Positions 54,001 to 64,000 of a DNA stretch of 64,000 bases are shown here, piece after piece. The stretch spans positions 20,400,001 through 20,464,000 of the forward strand of contig NC_087245.1 of assembly GCF_037042905.1 (NCBI RefSeq), in the 5' to 3' direction. Below the pieces are notes generated by a model that saw only the letters and a program-made list of their open reading frames with translations, searched no databases and was not told where the DNA came from. Numbering within the stretch: the stretch's first letter is position 1; each line of letters opens with the position of its first letter. The stretch is from Lytechinus pictus (taxonomy: Eukaryota). The position numbers and the translations under genes were made by a program.

Positions 54001-57000
54001 CCACCTCAGAGGTCAGCAGTTTGACCTCTAACCCGACCTTTGCAATCTTTGCTTGCTCCTGAAAGATTAGCAATACATGATATCAAATTCTAATTTCAAA
54101 TTGAATAAGTACACAAAAAGTAAAATATTCTACAGGTGTGTGAAAATTGAGCACGAGAGAAGAAATTCATAGCAGTTCTGAAATAACAGCTCTCAAAAAA
54201 TTTACATCGGTAAGTACTAAGTTTAAAATCTCAAATTATCAATCACCTACCCCCCCAAAAAAAAATGCAATCACGCTATGCAAGCATTGAATATGGTGAC
54301 TTTTGTGCCTTTTGACGTTGCAATAATGATAGGGTTCTGGATAAAATCTTTTTAAGTTTAACATTTCAAGCATCCCTACAAGGTTTGGTAAGTTTTGCAC
54401 TTGCAATATTTGGGCAATTGCATTTTTGTCATGGTGCCGAGGATGATTTCAAGGTTCAATTTCTCAAATAAAAGCTCAATAGTCCAATTCTAATTAATTT
54501 AAAGTATTTGTTTTTTTTATGTTAGCTATGATCATCATGGAACACCAACATATTTTTATTCATAATTATAAATAATCACAGCATATTGATTCATGAAGCA
54601 CAATGTGGAAAATAGAATTTTACTCTTTACAAATAAAATGTGCTGCAATAAAACAGCTTGTCAACTCAATCAAGTTTGAATACATTACTTTTTAAACAAA
54701 AGTTACTCCTGACAAACTGAGATATTTGAAAGGAGCACCAGATATATGATGGTGGGCCCCAAGTCTGCGCACCTAACAATTTGAGTTAAGATTTAACATG
54801 AATTTCTTCTTATTTCACAAAATCTTTTGGTTAATAGTGTTCCTTATATTATTAAGAGTAAGTGTACCAAATTTCTCATTAAAAAATGAAAGAAAATATC
54901 AGATTTTCTTGAAAAACCTTTGGGCAGTCATTTTCAGATTGAAAAAAAAATGGTACCCCATGTCTGCGCACTCATTCACTTTGCACACGATTCGGGGATT
55001 TTGATGACAAAGGCTGCATTTTGAGGCCGTCAAATGAAATGCCCTGAATTCATTATTTTTCCACCATTTTGAGTCGGATTTTTTAATGAATACCTGTCTA
55101 TGGAATGCATGTGTAAAGTTCGTGCTCGTTGCGTATCTTCTTTTACTAGAATCGCGCAGATACGCAGGTGCGCAGACTTGGGAGACCGCGCAGACATGGG
55201 GGAACTGACCATACATGTAGATATGCATGGGTAATTTTAGAATGAAGAATTCCAGATACTGTTGAAAATCATCATGGAATGACAACAAAAATGATATTAC
55301 CCTTTACAATGACATACTTATGAATGGTCATACAGGAAGGTATAGAATTATGATAATAATGGGAGATGGCAAATTTGAGAATGGCATTTCAAATGTGGTA
55401 AATTCCTAACTTTAATACCAACTTAGCACAAAACAAATTAATCTGGGTGTTGCATTTACGCAATGCTTGTAACCCTTTCTTGTGCTCAGTTAGAAACTCA
55501 ATGATTTGTATTCACTTCAAATGAAGTTGAAATCTGACCCGCCTGACCTATTTAATATAATTCCTGTTGGTAATAGTCTTCTGAATGCAAAGATGTTCAA
55601 GATTTTTTTAGGATTATAGAAAGTTCACACCCATTACAAAATTTAAATAAGAAAGGGTCACCAGTCTCACCTAAACTCATATATAACTTGCAAACAGCTT
55701 AATGAAACAACATTCCAGCTACATGTTTTTAAATGCTGTCTAAAATTTTAGAATGGACTTTAAATGAGATTTGAATATTGCAAGCCAAATAGGAGGCCTA
55801 AATATTTTCCTGGGGTTAACAAATTGTTACTCTACTATTTAAAATCCATTCAAGCATATTTCACCCCTTAAAGGGGTGAAATATTGTATGGTTGATACAT
55901 GAGAATCCCAATAAACTTTCCACACCTCAGTTAGTAATTGATAACTAACCTTTTACCTTGTGGAGAGGATTAAGATTAAAATAGTTTCATGAATATCACA
56001 ATACTAGGGCGACAAAGCTTTTATCTCATAATGCTACATGTTTGAAAGTGAAAAGGGCATGGCTGCAATTATAGCTACATTAAATGGGAAGATATCACTT
56101 TACCAGAGCATGGCGGCTATTTTTTTTCATTTTTCATCAAAAAATAGCAAGGAATTGGAAGATTATCGTGTCCTCAAAACTAAAGGACAACTTTCCCAAA
56201 ATTTCTTTGCACGTTACTACTCAACCCAGCAGTCTACAATCCCTTTTTAAAATACAACCCATCTTTACCTGAGAATCCAGCTTGACCGGTTTAGCAGCTT
56301 TGGCAGTGGTACCATGTTTCTGTGTGAGTGGAATGGTATAGATACATAGACACACACAAATGGAATGCAAGATTAGCATGTTAGTGAAATGCAAATATAT
56401 CATGAGCTCATTACCAGATATATTGAATATAAGTCAAGACAACGTCACATGGAGAGAAAGGAATGCTGTAATAAGATGGTGCAAATGAAGACATATATTG
56501 CTGCCTTTTCCAAGATGTAAAAGGAAGCAAAGGTTTGCAAGAAATGTATTACTTCTATTATTATTCCCTATCATTGGAACACAATGATACAGTGTACTTC
56601 ATAAATTCATATGCTGATTTAACAGACAGAGTGACAATCCTTCTCAGCCCTAATGGTGCCATAAAACAGCTCATATTAGAAGAAGTTCCATGGTCCAATG
56701 TATATCTTTAGAACATTCTGAAGTTCTGATGCCTGTGACGATGACAAGATTTGAAGATGAATTCATACTTTACTTGTTAATATCAAGGTATGTGATTTAA
56801 AAAAAATCAGTCATTTTTGCTGCAGATTTTTCCTTTAGCGAATTGAGAGAGCTAAAGTGAAAGACCATAAATCGAACACAATTTTTTTTACACTAATTGA
56901 AAGCAAAGAAAGCAATTTAATGCATTAATCAAGTTTTTAACAAGACCTCAAATGGAAATTATAAATAAAATAGGCAGTGACAACCTAGTATAATATTATG

Positions 57001-60000
57001 TGTGATAAATGATGTTGCATTATATTCGTGCCTATTATAGTGTATAATTATTTCTTGCTATGCTTCATTTATTCTTTTTCAATTTTACAGACCCAGCCTA
57101 TCCCACAATATAGCCTGCTTAAAAAAAAATACAGCCATATAGGAGCTTAATGCATTCATCAATAAACATTAACAATGCTCTATTGACCAGCTAATTAATA
57201 GTGGGTGCTCCCATATGATCATGGCGAATGGAAAGAATGGATCAATGCACTGGGATGTGAAGCATTTCAAAATATCAATAATGAATTTTGCTCCCTCAAA
57301 TGTTTGCATTCTTTTTACCAGCAATGAGGTGCATTTAACCCTACACGGACCTATATGAAATGTGATTGTTCTCAAAGACGTTATATTTCAACCCTAAAAA
57401 AGACTGGGCTCATTTAACAACTAACAAGACTCGGGACCCTTTAACGGTTTGAAATTGTCTTTGCTGGCAGAATGTAGCATAGAGAAATTAGCAGTTTACT
57501 TTTTTTTTTAAATATATGTGGTGATGTATGACAAGATGTAAATTAAACATTAAATCTGTAAATTTGAAAACACCATTGTATTGAAAAAATTATCATTTGG
57601 AGAGTCCAATCTGATCCACATAAAAATACATAATGCAGGATCAACTTTATATTGATCACATCATTGAAATGAACAATGTCATTATTATTAAGTGCATACA
57701 CGTGACATACAAAAGTTAGATGTTTCATTGTTATCAGAATGGATAATGTATTTTTCATAGTGATATTCAGATGCATATTGTAGGAAATATGACAAATCGC
57801 GATGGAATAAGAATTGTCAGTATGAACAAGGTGATAACTTAAATGAAATGGTACGTTAATGTATGTAGTCTTTTTATATAAAAAACAACATTCTGCTTTG
57901 ATTTTTCACTTAACCTTTCACAAGCAACATCCTCTTCCTATCATCTTCATTTCCCCCTCTTTTCCTCTTCCTCTTCTTTTCTTCTTCTTTCCCTCCTCCT
58001 CCCCTCCCTCTCCTACACCCCATCCTCCTACTCCGACATGTACTTCTAATTCATCTGCATCATCTTCTGAATCATCTTCTTTATTGATTACTTCCTTGTC
58101 TCTAAAGTTGTGTTAGTCTCTACTTTATTTTCTTCATCATTGTCTTTTTCACCTTTGTATCTTCATCTAATAGTCCATTTCATAGTTTTCTCTTTCTCCT
58201 TATCCTATTCCTCCTACTCTTCATTCTAACCCTCTCTCCTTCAAAGAGGAGTTTCCTTTAAACTGTTGTATATATATATATATTTTTTTTTCTCGCCCAA
58301 ATTCAAGCCCCCTCCCATCTTTCTTTTTCCAAATCATTGTTAGATTGTTAACTTTCTATCATTTTCAGTTTCATTGCAACAGAAAAAAACACCAACAGTC
58401 ATTCTACAAGACCATACATATGAAAATTCTAAAACTACGACAGAATACACTGTTTTAAAACCTTGCTTTTAGGTGGATGCTGTAGGGGAAAACACATTAC
58501 AAATCACGAGGAGGATCTGACCAAAAATATGCAAACAATTTTACAATACCCTGAACAGGCATCAAAGTTACAAATCAAATTTGAGTTTTGGGTCAGTGTA
58601 CCATTCAAAACTGCAAATGAAGTCATAAACTGATGATTAGAAATCAACACAAAAGGCATGATTCATTCATACAAGTATAAATGATAAGATGTCATAAATT
58701 TTAGCTTTACAATGTTAACAAGAAAATAAAATTATGTGTAAAACTGGATTGAAGATGCAGCTCAAAATGAGATCAATGTAGCATGGAATGTTCAATAGTG
58801 GTCAATAGATGGGTTACAGCATGTGAAGAAAAACCATCAAATGTCATGATGAAATGGAAATAAAAGAACCAATAAAAGATGAAATTAAATAAACATGTCA
58901 AATGAATCCTGCTTAAAATATTTTAATCATAAAACCCAGATTTTAGGACTTGGTATTAATTATTAATATAACTATTAATCTTAACAGGTGAGGACATTAA
59001 TCCTGAATCAAAATTTATTATTACTATCAATATTATTTTAAGAGAATACATGTGAAAGTCAATAAGAAAGGACTGGAATTATCATTAAAAAACGATGACC
59101 GATGGTATCCTAATCCACATTTTGAACCAATTTCCTTTCCATAGAATATGGTAGCCATAGAAGAGTGCTGATGAAATGTTATTTACTCATTAGGAAAAAT
59201 GTTGTTTACATTAGATTTTATATAAATGTGACATTATGCTTATGATACTGCCATGACAAATACCTAGTATTATTGTTTAAAAGCATGTGACATGTTCTCG
59301 GAGTTCAAAACGATGACCAATATATCAATCATTTTCTATATCAAAAGAAGAGTAATGTTTAGAATAGAAGCAGAATTTAGTTGATAATGAACTGAGTATT
59401 AATCTATTCATGTTGAAATATTGTGACTTCTTTTCCTTTCAAAACAACTTATTATTTACAGGCTTATCATTTCTGTGGTTTCCATTCAGAAATTATTTAT
59501 GTCTCCATGGTGAGAAGGGAATATGTCAAAATCCATTCAAGTGTTAATAATACCATAATAAATTCACCCATGCCTTTCTGAGCATGCTCCATAACACACG
59601 TCTTATAGTAATTATACATGTAATAAAAGAGTGAAAATTCAATTTCAGAATGAAAAATAAATACATATGATGAAAAATGCAGTATGGTAAATGAGATATG
59701 GTGACAAGTATGCATACGAATGTGAAAAGCAGGTATCGTGGAATACTTACAATATCAGCCTAAAAAGTGCAAAGAAATGAATAAAAATTTCAAATAAAGT
59801 ACACATATCAGCAACGAAAAAAAGACAGCAAACGGTAACACACTACAAAACAGTGAAGATTATTCAGAAGAAAAAAAACAGAGAAAGTATAAATTAAGTC
59901 TTGACCAACAAGACTAGGAATGTTTTTTTTACAAAATTCTTTTCAGGGGGGGGGGGGTGCAAAAAATTATAATACATTTCCAGACATACATGTCTTCTTG

Positions 60001-63000
60001 CAAAATTGTCTCATAGTGTGGTTGCCAACCATTCTGTCTAGCTGTCGAGAAACCAGCTGCCAAAATAAATAATTTTTATGCATAACATGCCAAAGGCAAA
60101 CTTAGGGTCTGTTGAAATGTCATGATTACAAGCATGGGTTGTCTTCTGCATACATGAGGGGCCAACAAGTCATTCTATTTACATCTAATGTGAATGAATA
60201 GGTCAAGAAAGGTGATATTTGTAACTTTAAACTAAACATTTGTACAGAGGAAATAGTAGACAAAAAAAAAGAGAGTCCTCAGGATGCATTTTCAGCGTGT
60301 AATCAGACACAGGTTAACCTCAATTTTAGTACAATTACGCAAACCTACATTTTTGTTTCTGCACAGTTTTTAACTGGCTGGAGTGAACACATTCTTTTGA
60401 ACCTTCCCTTTTTTTCAATAGGGTTTGGGTAGATGGAGATCCTTTGTATTATGTTTATGATTGTTCTTAATAACAAATTTCTAAATTGTCAATAATAACA
60501 ATAAATGAAGGCACTCATGGTATTATTGTCTTACATTAAACTATATTGCAAATGTATAGAATTTCTTACATCAAATTATATTGTAAATGCTTAGAATTTC
60601 AATATCCAAGTTTGTAAGCATTATTTTTTCTAATAAGCAAATACACACAAACTTTGAGGGGAAAAAAAGCAACAACACTCTAAAGACAGACAAGTATATT
60701 ATGCTATGAGACAGTCACACACAAAGCACTAAATAAATAATATTGAATAAATCTATATATTGCAATCATAAGATTGCGTTAAAAAAAGAAATTCAATATT
60801 TGATAAAGTTAATTTTTGCCTATGATATGAACAAATCTGGTCCATAAAAAAGCATGAAGATTACAAGAGCTTGGGGTGAAATATTTCAGATGTAATGAAG
60901 TATTTAATATGCCAAATAAAACAAAAGAGAGGATCAACACATGCAATCAAAAGAATTTGGAGTAGTATAGATATAAATTTGATCAGTTAACTGAATAAAA
61001 TATTTGGTTATTCAAATGTATTCTCATTTTTCACAAAGTCAAACCATGAGTTCATTTCTTTAATGACATGAAAGCTTTTTGTTGAACAGTTCAAAAGCAC
61101 TGAACAGCTTAAAAATTTGATTGATTTGTGTTGGTTTTATGAAAAATTCTAAATATTGCTTATTTTAAGGATTTTAATTAGAAATGGGGTGAAAGGGTGT
61201 TGTTTAATTTTGTAAATACATTTTGTTATTATATAACACATATTTCAACGGAATGGACAAGAGGTCAGAATTTTGATATTCATGAAGAAGCAGCACTCAA
61301 AGGGACACATCAACAAACAAAATATTTGTCTGGCTCTGTTTTCATACATTAACCTACATCACCACTAGCTTGTAGCAGTGCCTGAGAATGAGATTACAAT
61401 TGTGTACTTCAAAATGGTGACATTAAAAGTTAGCCCCAAACATAGATAACTATATCTGACTGATATACTGTTAAAACCCATTTACACTTTTTTAAAAGCT
61501 ATTTCTAAAGTGAACAAGAGTGTCACTAAGGTCAAGCAAGCAAAGTTGAAGGTGGCGACTTCACCTTTGACTGTCTGACCTCAAAATCAATAGAATTCCT
61601 AGGGATCTATGCTAGTATCATACACACTTTATTATATGAGCCTAGTTTAAGTTCAACTAAAGTTATTGCGTTAACTAGGACCTTCAGAAGGGTAAGAAGA
61701 AAACATGTCACTGTGATCTTGACCTTTGACCTTTTATGCTAGTATCATACACACCAAATTATATGAGCCTAGGTTAAGTCAAACTGAAGTTATCGTGTTT
61801 ACAAGGACTGCAGAAGGGTAAGATGAAAACATGTCACTGTGACCTTGACCTTTTGACCTAAAAAACAATAGGCTTCCTGAGATCCATGCTAGTATCATAC
61901 ACACCAAAGTATATGAGCCTAGGTTAAGTCAAACTGAAGTTATCGCGTTTACAAAGAAGAGTTAATGGATGGACAGACAGCCAGACGGACACCGAGCGTG
62001 ATACCATAATACGTCCCGTAGGACGGGCGTATAAAAACAACAGACACACATAGCACACCTTCAAAGCTTTCGGAAATGAGGTAAGAATTAAAAAAAATTA
62101 GTCTGTACTTTCTACTACAAGTAGCCTGCTTGTAAAAAGATAGAATGGGGAAAGAAGAGGAAAGGTATTAAACAAAGAAACGAGGTAACACCGACACAGG
62201 AATGAGAAAAGACCAATTAACAAAGAGATAGCTTACCCCTGGCCTAGGAAGAGAGAGATATACTTGTTTGTTGTCTGGAGAGAAAAAAAAAATATTTTTT
62301 AAATAATAGAAATTTTTAATACAAAAGATTAATGTACGAAAGAAAATATAAGAGGAAGAAAATATCATAAAGAAAATGATAAAAATAGAGTAGAATGATG
62401 TAAAAGAACGATCTCGATAAATATTAGTCCAAAACAATAACTGATTATCTAGAGTATATTGAAAACAAAATTAAGATATCAATTTTCAGAATTGGAAAAA
62501 GATGAATATATATATATATTTGTTGTCTTCCTTTAGAAGACTCATAGATTCAATTTTCCCAGAGATAAGTGCAACCTCATTTATCCTGGCAACTCTATCA
62601 CTGAATGATACCAAGCTATACTCCCTGTAAGTAGTAAATTGTAACAAAAGGACTAAATAGAGCTATATATTAAGTATCATACTTAAATCCTCACTTGTTT
62701 TGCCAACGCAGCAGTCGTTGACCTCCTTGACTAATGTACTAAGGTCGCTAATCTGAGTTTCCCAGGTATCCGCAAAGACATCCAGATTCTCTCGAGCTAT
62801 TTTACTATTATGGTTCATTGCCAGAGTGATTGCGGCTCCTGTTAGCTGAATTTGAAGAGAAAGGGAGAAATAGTAATTTCTATTTTCTTTTTAATTCAGG
62901 AATAAAATGAGTGGTCTCAAAAGTCATATGATCACCCTGACTTTGACCAAGATGCAATTATATACAATTTCAGTGACCTGATATAGCTTTGATGAATAAA

Positions 63001-63483
63001 GAATTAATAGTGCATTGCATTGATAAAGATAATCATCAAATCGTTTTGTCAATCTTTTTATAACAACTTGGATATGATAGCAGATCTTTAATTTTGTTCT
63101 CCTCGATTTGAACTCAAGCAGTGAAATGCCTAAGAAAAAGACACTCTTTCTTGACTATGTTTCATCCAGTCTTAGCTTTATTTACCTGTTTCTGTTGCAC
63201 CTAACTGTCCACACCTCAAAATACTCCATATCTGAGGTATTGAATTAATTTTCATGCATGGTTTCATGAAGTTAAAACAGTATCATACCATCCAACAATC
63301 AACATCCCCACCCCAGGCTTCACCCCTCCCCCCATGTGTGAGAGCCGTACCAAAATCCTGAGTCAAGAGGTTAGTTATCTGTCCACTTACCTGCGTGTCC
63401 AGTGTGGCTACACTATTCTCTGCATGGTCACAACTGATGGTCAGTGGAGCTAGTCTGGACACATGGCCAAGTAATCTACAAAC
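50883..63483 (-). CDS. CTNNAL1: alpha-catulin (catenin alpha-like 1), 3' portion of the spliced gene; 5' exons lie beyond the window end
   Basis: 8 in-frame GT-AG exons match alpha-catulin: CRLL.H.S, SKIARENLDVF, YLSLPRPG, EQAKIAK.GL..KLLTS, NMSSMAY.MY.FTRGEG.LKT, FAEEG.KL. Confidence 0.93.
51626..51709 (-). CDS. CTNNAL1: alpha-catulin exon (VDCTIQETKSLLLCIVRIVPICYSLSSK)
   Basis: tag/gtgag boundaries; 84 nt; matches VDKCITKTRSMM..LCY. Confidence 0.9.
52434..52789. mobile_element. Harbinger-like MITE family A with a 165-bp tandem duplication
   Basis: gatccatcccaggaccagggaggtgtttcataaagct occurs at 52434 and 52599; a single right TIR ends at 52789|cag. Confidence 0.8.
52874..53209 (-). mobile_element. 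Full-length tRNA-derived SINE with an L2-like tail
   Basis: Reverse complement shows A box tggtgtaatgg, B box gttcaaatccc, a gacccaggtgctaaatgggtacc core and a ctgtaaagcgcttag...(att)n tail; acttaa on both flanks. Confidence 0.85.
53239..53418 (-). CDS. CTNNAL1: alpha-catulin exon (YFAEEGNKLF...KASTFNK)
   Basis: cag/gtaag boundaries; 180 nt. Confidence 0.93.
53698..53842. repeat. (CAT/CAC)n microsatellite
   Basis: catcat/caccac runs immediately beside an exon donor. Confidence 0.85.
53855..54058 (-). CDS. CTNNAL1: alpha-catulin exon (EQAKIAKVGL...DLFKQAE)
   Basis: cag/gtgag boundaries; 204 nt. Confidence 0.94.
54745..55214. mobile_element. Non-autonomous DNA element with inverted ccccaagtctgcgca motifs
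   Basis: ccccaagtctgcgcacc (left) versus ggtgcgcagacttggg and gcgcagacatgggg (right). Confidence 0.6.
56269..56319 (-). CDS. CTNNAL1: alpha-catulin exon (KHGTTAKAAKPVKLDSQ)
   Basis: cag/gtaaa boundaries; 51 nt. Confidence 0.88.
59751..59759 (-). CDS. CTNNAL1: Candidate 9-nt alternative microexon of alpha-catulin (ADI)
   Basis: tttgcactttttag|GCTGATATT|gtaagt; phase 0-0 inside a phase-0 intron. Confidence 0.6.
61513..62037 (+). mobile_element. Helentron-associated (HINE/DINE-like) element with three ~120-140-bp internal tandem units
   Basis: 5' aacaag; repeated atgctagtatcatacac...tgaccttgacctt units; a (ggac/agac)n stretch; 3' stem-loop acgtcccgt-agg-acgggcgt followed by an A-run. Confidence 0.75.
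62237..62274 (-). CDS. CTNNAL1: alpha-catulin exon (NKQVYLSLPRPG)
   Basis: cag/gtaag boundaries; 38 nt; phase-consistent. Confidence 0.9.
62695..62845 (-). CDS. CTNNAL1: alpha-catulin exon (LTGAAITLAMNHNSKIARENLDVFADTWETQISDLSTLVKEVNDCCVGKT)
   Basis: cag/gtgag boundaries; 151 nt. Confidence 0.92.
63391..63483 (-). CDS. CTNNAL1: alpha-catulin exon (VCRLLGHVSRLAPLTISCDHAENSVATLDTQ)
   Basis: aag/gtaag boundaries; 93 nt. Confidence 0.88.
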
Positions 63484-64000
63484 CTTTATAATGGCAAGAG
63501 ACATAATCATTTGGGTGAGACAATAAAAGTAAATAGTGTAGTATCCCAATTCTACCTTTAAGAGCGGTTTAGGGTGTTTTGGAGAGACACAAAATGCATT
63601 AAGAATATGGATTTTGTTCACTTTAATGTTAAATATTCTTCCCCGTAGTGTGATATACACAGGGCTTGTTGCATAAAAAAGTTACCATTATGGTATATTT
63701 TATATTCAATTTAACTTTATGAGATACTTGATTTCTATTGGTTGTGGACCATTGTTACCATGGTAACAACATTATTTCATCTAGTTTTGATTACATAAAA
63801 GTACACTACACTAAGTAAGCAATATATGTTGAAGATGGTTTAGGAAGCCTGTATTCACACTCACAACACCAACTTAAAATCCATTGTCAGAATCTAGCTT
63901 TCTGTGCATTGCTGCAATTTATGATTACAAGCTTAAAAATGTCTCTTGAATAGAAAATAATTATGTTTGGAGAGGACCACGACAAAAACCTTAAGAGGAT

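Noticed and set aside
60535..60540. Second catulin microexon (tag|TTTAAT|gtaag on -)
   Set aside because: Poor polypyrimidine tract, a competing AG ~25 nt upstream, and the site is part of a local 35-bp tandem duplication.

Overview
Eukaryotic, intron-rich, AT-rich animal DNA. The SINE/MITE/HINE repertoire suggests an echinoderm such as a sea urchin, but that is inference. Three genes can be read. (1) NSF, the AAA+ vesicle-fusion ATPase: 20 coding exons on + from 1455 to the stop at 16953, with the first ~80 codons upstream of the window. (2) A gene with a single 525-codon coding exon (33475-35052, +) encoding ~8 LRRs, a ROCO-type LRR cap and a ~260-aa acidic disordered tail. It probably starts at a CpG-rich promoter and non-coding exon near 24.1-24.6 kb. 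(3) The 3' half of alpha-catulin (CTNNAL1-like) on -, with 8 constitutive exons from 63483 to the stop at 50883, plus a candidate 9-nt neural-type microexon at 59751-59759. The rest is introns, probable long 3' UTRs and many transposon relics. The most notable observations are the microexon, a nested element in an NSF intron (an RT-deleted LINE inside a TIR/8-bp-TSD DNA transposon carrying an unusual transposase remnant), the orphan-like LRR-acidic protein and a loop-less 170-bp palindrome. I see no evidence of a wholly new multi-gene system, and most short ORFs in the ORF track are spurious.
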